64,000 bases of DNA, from positions 2,304,001-2,368,000 of the forward strand of contig CAWDXG010000004.1 in assembly GCA_963806225.1 (NCBI GenBank), written 5' to 3'. Made by a program: the position numbers and the translations under genes. The DNA comes from an uncultured delta proteobacterium (GTDB taxonomy: Bacteria > Myxococcota_A > Polyangia > Polyangiales > Polyangiaceae). The notes beneath the pieces are model-generated. The model searched no databases and was not told the origin of the DNA. It saw only the letters and a list, made by a program, of their open reading frames with translations. Each line of letters opens with the position of its first letter. Position 1 is the first letter of the stretch. This document shows, in pieces, positions 48,201 through 56,536 of the stretch.

Positions 48201-48349
48201 AGCCCCGACTTCGACTCGCGCCACACCACCTTCTCGGCCTTCGCGGCCACCTTCGGCGCCGGCTTCGGCGGCGCTTTCGGCGGCGGCGCCCCCGGACAGC
48301 CCACCACCAGCACCGCCAGCGCCAGCACCCACCATCTCGCAGCGTGCAT
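42258..48349 (-). pseudogene. Bacterial alpha-2-macroglobulin family lipoprotein with many frameshifts
   Basis: Lipobox VVGC; Ig-like ITFSEPM; DRHLYKPGESVHVKGW (MG2); VDESVLAL; RTNF; LPDNLTRYR; PRFLNFGD; YPFDCNEQ thioester motif; VDPIPAGFE; AEEMYDPETFGR. Confidence 0.88.
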
Positions 48350-48486
48350 CGATTCCTCCTCGCCCGGACCCGACCCTACCACCGCCGGGAGCGCGGCCGA
48401 CTGATCGACGTCCGGGGGGTCCGAAGGATTTGCGGGGGATGCCGGTTTCAGGAAATGCCGCTACGAAATAGCCCCAGCGGGTGGCT

Positions 48487-50715
48487 CTAGTCCGCCGGAT
48501 CGTACGGATCGGTGCCGTTCGCCTTCTCTGTCGAGTCCGGCACGCCGTCGGCATCGTAGTCGTCGACGGGCGGCGCGGTGATGATGACCTCCGGCGGATT
48601 GCCGGCGAGGTCGCTCTTGAAGAAGTGGACGAGCGCGGCGATGTGCTCGCGGATCGGCAGCTCAATCGTGATCGGGTGCTTGATCTTCGGCCAGCGATTC
48701 GCGGGGTCGGGTTGCGGATCGCCGGGCATGAACTGCCGCGAGGTGAAGTGGAGATCGCCGAGGCCGTGGTTGTTGGGTGAGTACTGCACGGCCGCGCCCG
48801 TGCGGTTGCCAAAGTTGCCCGAAAGCGGCGCGCTCTTCTTGGCGACCCCCTCGATGTCGCGGATCGTGGGCCCTGCGAGCGGGATCCCGAACGCGCCGAT
48901 CAGAGCGGTCGTGGCGATGTTCGGCATCACCTCGTCGTCGACGGAGTAGCTGAGCAAGAGCGAGGGGCGACGCGCCGGGGGCGGGTCGAAGAGCGATGGC
49001 CCGAACACGTGCGGCGCGTAGTCGATGGGATCCCCCGGCTCCGTTGCCATCGCCATGAGCTGTACGGCCGGGTGGTACTGGTCGAGGATATCGTCGCCCT
49101 GGACGCCGAACGCGCTGCTCGCCAGGCTCTCGACGATTGCGTGCAACTGGGAAGAGTTGGGAGCGATGAACTCGACGAACGCGCCGCCCGGGACGTCCAC
49201 CGCGGAAGCGCGCAGGTCCGGCTCCACCGCCGTGGTGATGGATCCCATCATGCCGCCTAGCGATTGCCCGCTCCAGTAGATGTGCGATGCGTCGAGCTTC
49301 GGCGTCGTGCCGCCGAGCGCCGGCGCCAGAGCCGAAAGGTCGAGAGCAGGATTTTCTATCATGCGGACCAGACTGCATTCGTCGAGTACGGTCTGGCGGA
49401 AGCTGTCACGGACCGTGACGAAGTCGGTGAAGCCCCCGAAGAACCCCAGCGGCAGACCCGGGCGATCCGGAAGCCCGTCCGGGCCCGCGTAGCTGCCCTT
49501 GAAGTTGTTCGCGTCGTCGGGAATGCCGGTACGCAGACCGTGTCCCACGTCGTCGATGGCGACCTCGGCGAAGCCGGCGCGGGCGAACTCGTTGGCGAAC
49601 GCGAACATGCTGCTGCGGTCGGCCTCGAGCCCGTGGCCGTAGATGATCACCGGATAGCCCGCCGCGCTCGGCGGCGGTGCTTTCGGGATCATGATCGTCA
49701 CCGGGATCTTCGCTTTGGGATCGGCGACGATGGCGCTGCCGTCCGCGGCGTGCTCGATGTGGTGGGTCACCGGGTCGGCAAACGCTGGCGAAACGATGGC
49801 GCCGCTGGCGACGGCGCCTATCTGGTCGTGGGCGGGGCCGCCGGGATTGTCCGATCCGGGCCACTCCTTGCCCTGGGCGTCCTTGTCCGGCGTACCCATC
49901 CACGAATCCAGATCGGGCGTGGTGGCCACGCCGAAGATCGCGGCGTGGTAGGGCGACGCACCCGCCTTGTCGAGAAGGAGCTGCGGAGCGGGGAAGTCCT
50001 TCCTCAGGCGATTGCGGAGCTCCGCCAGCTCGAACACCATTTTCGACGTGGTGAACACCGCGAGCCCCGCAATATCGCCGGCAGACGCAACCTTGCCGCT
50101 GCTTTCCAGGGTGTCGAGCGCGTCGCCGTAGAGCGTCTCGGCCGGGCTCTTGCGCGCCGCACCGGTCATCCTTTCGATCGACCCGAGGGCGCTGTCCGCG
50201 GCGAGCGCGTGACCTCGCGCATCGCGGACCTTTTTCGTCACCGCCACCGCGTAGCGCACGCCTGGCGCCAACACCGTGCCCGGCCGCGGCAGCACGCTGA
50301 TGCATTGGAGCGACGGCAAGAAGCGCGCGCGCACCGGGTAGCTCCTGCCGCGATCGGGCGACGCGGCGTCAACGTCGACCAGCAGCAGCGCGCCGTCCGC
50401 CGAAAGGCTCGCGGCGTCGACGGCGCCGCTGGTGAAAAAGACGGTCGCGGTCGCGCGCCCGAAGCCGTCCATTCCGCCGAGCGCTTTCTGGATCACGCTG
50501 GTCTGCCGCGATGCCACTCGTTCGAACCCCTGGATTGCGGCGGACACGCGCCCGTCGGCACCGCGGTAGAGATCGCTCGGGAACGGGACGTCGCCATACG
50601 CGGGCAGCGCGCCGTCGCCGGGCCTGAACACGATCACCGTCGGCTTCCGCGCCACTTCGGGCGAGGAGCACGCCGACAGCGCAGTGAGCGCCAGCACCAG
50701 GGCGAGGATGCGCAT
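48487..50715 (-). CDS. Secreted alpha/beta-hydrolase lipoprotein (Pla-1/Cef lipase-like)
   Basis: Lipobox LSAC; PFPSDLY; PVIIYGHG; AIDDVGHG; GQSLGG nucleophile elbow; C-terminal DYDADGVPD Ca-binding motif. Confidence 0.75.
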   Translation of the reverse strand: MRILALVLALTALSACSSPEVARKPTVIVFRPGDGALPAYGDVPFPSDLYRGADGRVSAAIQGFERVASRQTSVIQKALGGMDGFGRATATVFFTSGAVDAASLSADGALLLVDVDAASPDRGRSYPVRARFLPSLQCISVLPRPGTVLAPGVRYAVAVTKKVRDARGHALAADSALGSIERMTGAARKSPAETLYGDALDTLESSGKVASAGDIAGLAVFTTSKMVFELAELRNRLRKDFPAPQLLLDKAGASPYHAAIFGVATTPDLDSWMGTPDKDAQGKEWPGSDNPGGPAHDQIGAVASGAIVSPAFADPVTHHIEHAADGSAIVADPKAKIPVTIMIPKAPPPSAAGYPVIIYGHGLEADRSSMFAFANEFARAGFAEVAIDDVGHGLRTGIPDDANNFKGSYAGPDGLPDRPGLPLGFFGGFTDFVTVRDSFRQTVLDECSLVRMIENPALDLSALAPALGGTTPKLDASHIYWSGQSLGGMMGSITTAVEPDLRASAVDVPGGAFVEFIAPNSSQLHAIVESLASSAFGVQGDDILDQYHPAVQLMAMATEPGDPIDYAPHVFGPSLFDPPPARRPSLLLSYSVDDEVMPNIATTALIGAFGIPLAGPTIRDIEGVAKKSAPLSGNFGNRTGAAVQYSPNNHGLGDLHFTSRQFMPGDPQPDPANRWPKIKHPITIELPIREHIAALVHFFKSDLAGNPPEVIITAPPVDDYDADGVPDSTEKANGTDPYDPAD

Positions 50716-50837
50716 GACCCCGGAGTCTACCCTGCCTTGGCCGCGCCGTCGCACGAGCAACGGCGCCGGCGTCTCGTTGGACCAGGTGTTCTTCGACAGG
50801 TTGAACGACCACACCTTGTAGCGAAGCTGCTCGCGGT

Positions 50838-51395
50838 TCAGCGCGCGGCGACCATGTTCAGCGTGCCACAGTAGCTGCACTGGACCTCGCCGAGCCCCTT
50901 GGGCAGCGGCGCCCCACACCGGCTGCAGACGACGGCACCGACCACCGGGGGGGCGGCGGCGTTGGGACCTCCGCCCCAGGCCGGCCCGCGGGGCACTTCC
51001 TGCCCTCCCGGGAGGCTTGCACCGAGTGCCTGCGTCACCGCCTGCACGTCGCGCGCGATCGGCGTCGCGTCGCCGCCGACCCCGCGCTTTGCCAGAAACT
51101 CGTGCACCTCGAGGACCACGAGATCGATCATTTCCTCATCGTCGATCATGTCGCATTTCGAGAGGTAGACGGCGACAACCGGAAGCTTGGCGCTCTGTGC
51201 GAGCTCCACGTGCCGGAGCGGCTCCGGCATCATGCCGTCCGGTGCGCTGACGATCAGCACGGCGGCGTCCGCTCCGCCCCGCAGGTACTGCTCGAGCTGC
51301 GCCGCCGGCACATCCACCCACTCGAAACTCTGGCGCAACCCCGCCGCCAGCGTCGATTTGTCATCACCGTCGGAACCGAGCAACAGGACTTTCAC
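50838..51395 (-). CDS. Degenerate EF-Tu-like G-domain fragment fused to a C4 zinc ribbon
   Basis: DAAVLIVSAPDGMMPE...VYLSKCDMIDDEEMIDLVVLEVHEFL...GDATPI aligns by eye with EF-Tu domain I; C-terminal CSRCGAPL...CSYCG. Confidence 0.75.
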   Translation of the reverse strand: MKVLLLGSDGDDKSTLAAGLRQSFEWVDVPAAQLEQYLRGGADAAVLIVSAPDGMMPEPLRHVELAQSAKLPVVAVYLSKCDMIDDEEMIDLVVLEVHEFLAKRGVGGDATPIARDVQAVTQALGASLPGGQEVPRGPAWGGGPNAAAPPVVGAVVCSRCGAPLPKGLGEVQCSYCGTLNMVAAR

Positions 51396-51466
51396 CGAGG
51401 AACGATATGCTGGCTCCCGCCACGACACAACAACAACGTCGGGCCCAGGCCGCCGCCGGAAGTCGC

Positions 51467-52888
51467 TCAGCGGCAGGCGGGGTGATCGCGCGTCGCGTCG
51501 CAGCCGCGCGCACACGTCTTGACGAGCTCGAAGCGACTGTCGGCAGAACACTGCAGGAGCGCCTTCTTGTCGAGCCGGCACGCGTGGTCGCCTTTCACAC
51601 AGGCGTCGCCGACCTTGGCGAGGTTCGCGTCGCAGTGGAGGGTCGTCATGCCCGCCACGGGATCATGTGCCATGGTGCAACCCTTGGGGCCCCGGCACGT
51701 CATCATGATCTCGTACTGCCCGTTGACGCACTGGAACACGGCGTCGTGCGTAGTGGAACACGCCTTGGCGTCGTGACGGTTGCAGGGGTCGCCCGCCTTG
51801 GCGATGAAGCTGTCGCAGTGCACCCTTGAATGGCCGTGTGCCTCCGGGGTCGTCCGGCAGCCGTCGGGCCCGCGGCACGTGGCGGAGACCTTCCACTGCG
51901 AGCCGTCGCATTCCAGTTCTGCCTTGCGATCCGTCGAGCAGGTGTAGTCGTCGTGCGTGTCGCACGGATCGTGGACGCCGGCGACGGTGTAGTCGCAGGT
52001 TATCCGTTTGCCGCTCTCGAGAACTCTACAGCCCTTCGGACCCTTGCAGGCATTGACGACGGTGAGGCGCGCTTGCTCGCAGTGCAGCTCGATCCTGCCG
52101 TCGGCAGAGCACGCCCAGGACAGCCCGTTGCACGGCGCGTCCGCGCTGGCGATCCCCGCGAACGGCTTGTGCGCCAGGAGCCGCGGACCGAAGAGCACGG
52201 CAACGAACGCGATGGAAACGAACGCGACACCCGCGATGGACATGCTCTTGATGGTCGAGCGCCGCCTCGCGCGGGTCGCGGCGGCGAGCTCGGCGTCGAG
52301 CTCGTCGTCGGGCGAGGTCCACAGGTAGAACGACGGCACGCGCCGCTCGTCGAGCTCGCGCTCGACCTCCGGCGAGAGCCGGTTCTGCGCGCCGCAGTAG
52401 GTACACGTTGGCTGGTTCGTTGTGCCGTCGACCTGCATGGGCGCGCCGCAGTTCGAGCATGGAACGCTGAGCAGCGCCCCTGCCCCGCCGGGCGCCGTGC
52501 CGCCGACGACCGCCGAGCAGAGCGAGTCGCGCCAGGCTTCGGGCCGCGCCATGCCCACCGGCAGCGGCGCGAGCGAAACGTGACTGGAGCAGGAGGCGCA
52601 GACGAAAACCGGCGCCGCCGCGGACAGGGCAGCCGTGATAGTGGCGTCGTCTATCGTCGCTCGACAGGCCTTGCAGCACACGCCGCCGGTACGCGTCTCG
52701 CCGAGCACGCGCTCACCGCCGAGGACCGTGCGATCTCCGTCTGCGAGCACCCAGCGCCACGCTCTGGCGTCGACCGGTTCGTGGCGATGACACGAGGGAC
52801 AATCGACGCTCGTTACCAGTGAATCGAGCTGGAGCGGATGCCCACATCCCGTGCAGACCGTATGGACGATGACCTTCTTGGCCGGCAT
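51467..52888 (-). CDS. Membrane protein: three N-terminal C4 zinc ribbons, one TM helix, four 6-Cys extracellular repeats
   Basis: CTGC/CPSC, CKAC/CASC, CSNC/CTYC pairs; TM SIAGVAFVSIAFVAVLFG; repeats GDPC...CS...C...CRGPxGC...CD. Confidence 0.75.
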   Translation of the reverse strand: MPAKKVIVHTVCTGCGHPLQLDSLVTSVDCPSCHRHEPVDARAWRWVLADGDRTVLGGERVLGETRTGGVCCKACRATIDDATITAALSAAAPVFVCASCSSHVSLAPLPVGMARPEAWRDSLCSAVVGGTAPGGAGALLSVPCSNCGAPMQVDGTTNQPTCTYCGAQNRLSPEVERELDERRVPSFYLWTSPDDELDAELAAATRARRRSTIKSMSIAGVAFVSIAFVAVLFGPRLLAHKPFAGIASADAPCNGLSWACSADGRIELHCEQARLTVVNACKGPKGCRVLESGKRITCDYTVAGVHDPCDTHDDYTCSTDRKAELECDGSQWKVSATCRGPDGCRTTPEAHGHSRVHCDSFIAKAGDPCNRHDAKACSTTHDAVFQCVNGQYEIMMTCRGPKGCTMAHDPVAGMTTLHCDANLAKVGDACVKGDHACRLDKKALLQCSADSRFELVKTCARGCDATRDHPACR

Positions 52889-52991
52889 GGTTCCGCCAAT
52901 ATAGGCGAAGTCGCCAAGGGCACCAGTCCAGCTTCGTTTCCGAGGTGCAGCGCGGATTGCAGAGCCGGGGACCTCTGGCCCCGCTCGTGGA

Positions 52992-54095
52992 GTGACGCGC
53001 GCTCGGCACTGGAGTACTCTGCTTTTCGTGACACGCTTCGTTCGTGGGGGCCTGGTTCTCGGGATGGCACTTCTCCTGCCGTTCTGCTCGTCGTCGAACA
53101 GCGACCTGGCGTGCAACATCGGGGTGGTCGAGGCGTGCACGTGCTCGAGCGGTGCAAAGGGGGTGCGCACGTGTTCCGACGGTACGGCGTGGAGCGCGTG
53201 CAGCTGCAACAACACGGACGGCGGCATGGACAGCTCCGCGGGAGCCGCCGGCACCGGCGCGTCCGGCAACGGCGGTAGTAGCGGCAGCGGCGGCAGCGGG
53301 GCAAGCAGCGGTAGCCGTGGCACGGCTGGCCAGGACGCGTCGGCGGGCAGCGGCGGTGTGGCAGGCGGCGGAGCGACAGGCGGCGGCGCGGGCGACGGCG
53401 GCATCGTGGACGGCGGAACATGCCCGTCCGGTTCGGCGACGAACCTGACGGGAAGCTGCGACATCGTCGCCCAGGATTGCGGCGCGGGCTTGACCTGCAG
53501 CGTCGTGGCCGACGACGCCGGCCAGTACCACACTGGCTGCGTCGATCTCGGCAATGGCTCCGCCCAGCTTGGCGAAGCGTGCACGAGCCACACCGACTGC
53601 GCCGCCGGTTTGCGTTGCGTGCTCTCGAAGTGCTCGCGCGCCTGCTGCGGCGCGCTGGAAGGCCCGCTGTGCGGTTCCAGCGGCGCGTGTGATCTGGATA
53701 TCACCTACCCCGGCAACGCCTTCGTGAAGGTGTGCACGTTCGCGCCACCGTGCACGCCCTGGGCGCACGACTGTCCGTCGTCGGGACCGGAAACCGACTG
53801 CCATGCTGCCGGCGGCGACAAGTTCAAGTGCAGCTTCCCCAACTACAACCTGGATGCCGGCTCCACCGAGGGCCAGCCCTGCACGTACGTGAACGATTGC
53901 CAGGATTCGCAGTACTGCCTGTACGGAAGCGCGGACGCCGGCTCCGGCACCTGCCGCTGGCTGTGCAAGGCTTCCGACAGCGGCGCGCCCGACGCCGGAA
54001 CCGTGGGCGGAACACCGGGGCTGGGCGGTTGTCCCAGCAGCCAGACCTGCCACGCTTTCGGCAGTCCGGCCTGGCTCGGCGTGTGCAGACCCTGA
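52992..54095 (+). CDS. Cys-rich secreted protein with Gly-rich linker
   Basis: Signal-like N-terminus; CDIVAQDC, GEACTSHTDCAAGLRC, GQPCTYVNDC. Confidence 0.75.
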   Translation: MTRARHWSTLLFVTRFVRGGLVLGMALLLPFCSSSNSDLACNIGVVEACTCSSGAKGVRTCSDGTAWSACSCNNTDGGMDSSAGAAGTGASGNGGSSGSGGSGASSGSRGTAGQDASAGSGGVAGGGATGGGAGDGGIVDGGTCPSGSATNLTGSCDIVAQDCGAGLTCSVVADDAGQYHTGCVDLGNGSAQLGEACTSHTDCAAGLRCVLSKCSRACCGALEGPLCGSSGACDLDITYPGNAFVKVCTFAPPCTPWAHDCPSSGPETDCHAAGGDKFKCSFPNYNLDAGSTEGQPCTYVNDCQDSQYCLYGSADAGSGTCRWLCKASDSGAPDAGTVGGTPGLGGCPSSQTCHAFGSPAWLGVCRP

Positions 54096-54118
54096 CGCCG
54101 GCCTGACACGAACGGCGC

Positions 54119-55807
54119 TCAGGGCGCCTGTTCGGCGACCGACTCCGGAACCTCGGTCAGCTCCTCGCCCAGATGCAGCCGCACCTGGTCCGCGGGCAGC
54201 CGGACGACGATCGCCCAGACGTAGCAGACGAGCGACAGGACGAAGAGCGCGAAAAAGCCTGTACCGAAGCCGAGCCAACCGCGACCGTTACCGAAACTGC
54301 CGATGTAGCTGCAGGCGCCCAGACCGATGAGCCACGGGAAAACCCACGAGCCGGCCTTCCACTGGTAGCCGTGGCGGCCCGCGCCGCTGAACAGATGCTG
54401 GACCACGAGCAGCACGAAGCCGAGGCCCACGGCGATGAAGAGCTTCTTGTTGATGTCCCAGCCGGTCCAGTAGACGACAAGGTTCGACGACCAGAAGGCG
54501 ATGAACGGAATGACGTCGCCGAACGGGACGCGGAAGGGGCGCTTCTGCTCCGGCAGCTCGCGGCGGAGCGCGCCCATGACGAGCGGGCCCGAGCCGAAGG
54601 AGAGCACCGACGCCGAGGTGATAAAGCCCACCAGCTGCTGCCAGCCGGGAAACGGCAAGAAGAAGATCAGGCCGACGACGAAGGCAAGGATGAGGCTGAT
54701 CCAGGGGACGCCGTGGCGGTTGAGGCGGGCGAGCGCCTGGGGGGCGTTGCCGTTCTTGCCCATCGCGTACGAGAGGCGCGCGGTCGTGGTCGTGTAGATG
54801 AGTCCGGTGTCGGCGGGCGAGACGATCGCGTCGAAGTAGAGCAGCCCGGCGAGCCAGCCGATGCCCAGGATCTTGGCGATGCCGGCGAGCGGACCGAAGT
54901 CGCCCTTGAACTCGAGGTGGTGCCAGCCGTGGACGAGCGCTTCGGCGGGCAGCGCGCCGAGGAAGGCCACCTGGAGCAGGATGTAGATGACCCCGGTAAT
55001 GAGCACCGAGCCGATGACAGCGATCGGCACTGCGCGGTGCGGATCTGCACTCTCGCCGGCCAGCTCGACGCCCTGACGGAAACCGAGATAGGAAAAGACG
55101 ATGCCCGTCGTGGCGATCGCCGAGAGCACGTTGTGCCAGCCCATCGGCGCGAAGCCGCCGTGGTCCATCACGCCGTGCCAGCCCGCCGGTGCGACAACGC
55201 CGCGGGCAGCGTCCGCGTGCGGCATCAAGCCAGCAGCGAGCAGCACGACGACCGCGAGCGTGATGATCAAGAGCTTCCACCAGACAATGAGCGTGTTGAA
55301 GCGAGCGAACCACTTAACGCCGTAGAAGTTCACCGCGACGAATATCGCCATCATTGCCACGGCCACCGCGTAGCCGCCGGGGGCGAGGACCTTCACGCCC
55401 TGGACCGAGTGGGTGAGCCACGGGACGTAGTTGGTCGCGTACTGGAGAGCCGCTTCGACCTCGATGGGAGCGACCGAGGCCGCCGCGAGCCAGTTGACCC
55501 AGCCGGCCGTGTACGAGGCGAAACTGCCGAAGCCGAAGTGCGGGTAGCGGACTACGCCGCCCGAGACCGGGAACATCGCGCCCAGCTCTGCGTAGGCGAG
55601 CGCGATGAACAGGATCATCACGGCGCCGAGGGCCCAGGAGACGATCGCGGCGGGGCCGGCTTCCTTGGCGGCGTAGAAGGCGCCGAAGAGCCAACCGCTG
55701 CCGATGATCGCGCCCACGCCGGCGAACAAGAGGCCCACCAACCGGATGTCCCGCCTGAGGCCGTGCCCACCGGCGGGCGTCTCCTGCTCTACTTCGACGC
55801 CGCTCAT
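54119..55807 (-). CDS. APC family amino acid permease
   Basis: GAIIGSGWLF, AGPAA, YAELGAMFPVSGG, FSYLGFRQ, RPFRVP; 12-14 TM helices. Confidence 0.92.
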   Translation of the reverse strand: MSGVEVEQETPAGGHGLRRDIRLVGLLFAGVGAIIGSGWLFGAFYAAKEAGPAAIVSWALGAVMILFIALAYAELGAMFPVSGGVVRYPHFGFGSFASYTAGWVNWLAAASVAPIEVEAALQYATNYVPWLTHSVQGVKVLAPGGYAVAVAMMAIFVAVNFYGVKWFARFNTLIVWWKLLIITLAVVVLLAAGLMPHADAARGVVAPAGWHGVMDHGGFAPMGWHNVLSAIATTGIVFSYLGFRQGVELAGESADPHRAVPIAVIGSVLITGVIYILLQVAFLGALPAEALVHGWHHLEFKGDFGPLAGIAKILGIGWLAGLLYFDAIVSPADTGLIYTTTTARLSYAMGKNGNAPQALARLNRHGVPWISLILAFVVGLIFFLPFPGWQQLVGFITSASVLSFGSGPLVMGALRRELPEQKRPFRVPFGDVIPFIAFWSSNLVVYWTGWDINKKLFIAVGLGFVLLVVQHLFSGAGRHGYQWKAGSWVFPWLIGLGACSYIGSFGNGRGWLGFGTGFFALFVLSLVCYVWAIVVRLPADQVRLHLGEELTEVPESVAEQAP

Positions 55808-56232
55808 GCTACCTCCGCTCGTATCGTTCTGCCCGCGCTGACAAAGTGAGGCGGCACGCTAGCCCAGGTGCGCCCGGCCGTCAGTCGCTCCGGGCCAGAA
55901 AATCGCTGCAAGCAGCGCTCTATCCGCCACCACAGAAGCCGACAACGCCGTCTGGACCCTTCTGCGGGTCGTTTCCCCCGTTGAAAATCCGGCTCCGGGC
56001 GGCCGCCGTGCCGAGGCGTAGCGAGGTCGACGCGGGCAAGCGACTTGGCTTGACGACGAGGAAGCCCGGCGGCGCTATCGCGAGCGCCATGTTCCGGGAC
56101 ACCGGCTGTACCTGGCCGAGGGGGAGCCGGAACGCGGGCGTCGCTTTCGCCTCGCGGATGGTAGCATCCAGGCGGAGCCGATTCGTTCCACCTGAAAGTC
56201 GAGCAGCTCCTGGCGAAGGCGCGAGAGGAAGC

Positions 56233-56517
56233 ATGACGACCGCGAACACAGGGCCGGACAGCACCACGCAGCCCTCGAAGGGGCTGGGCATCGGGCTGTG
56301 GATTGTGCAGGGCCTGCTGGCGCTCACGTTCGTCGGCACGGGCCTGTGGAAGCTAGCCACGCCTGTCCCGTGTGCCGCGCTCATGGCGAGCGCTGTGGTC
56401 TTCCACTTCTCCCGCGGCGAGGGGGCGAACACGTGGTTCAACTTCCTGCTCGCAGCGCTCGCGCTCTTCGTCGCGTGGGGCCGCCGCACGAAGGCGCCGA
56501 TCGCGCCGCGCGGGTGA
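56233..56517 (+). pseudogene. DoxX-family membrane protein with apparent in-frame internal deletion
   Basis: LWIVQGLLALTFVGTGLWKL joined directly to CAALMASAVVFHFSRGE; only 94 aa, central helix missing. Confidence 0.55.
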
Positions 56518-56536
56518 GCGGCGCGCAGGTGGCGTC

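Noticed and set aside
50838..51395. Calling this a functional tuf gene
   Set aside because: It lacks switch I, intact G motifs and domains II/III, and is not in a ribosomal operon
55808..56232. 425-bp intergenic region as an ncRNA or small gene
   Set aside because: No convincing nested structure or recognisable motif; the short minus-strand frame ending GVVGFCGGG has no supported start
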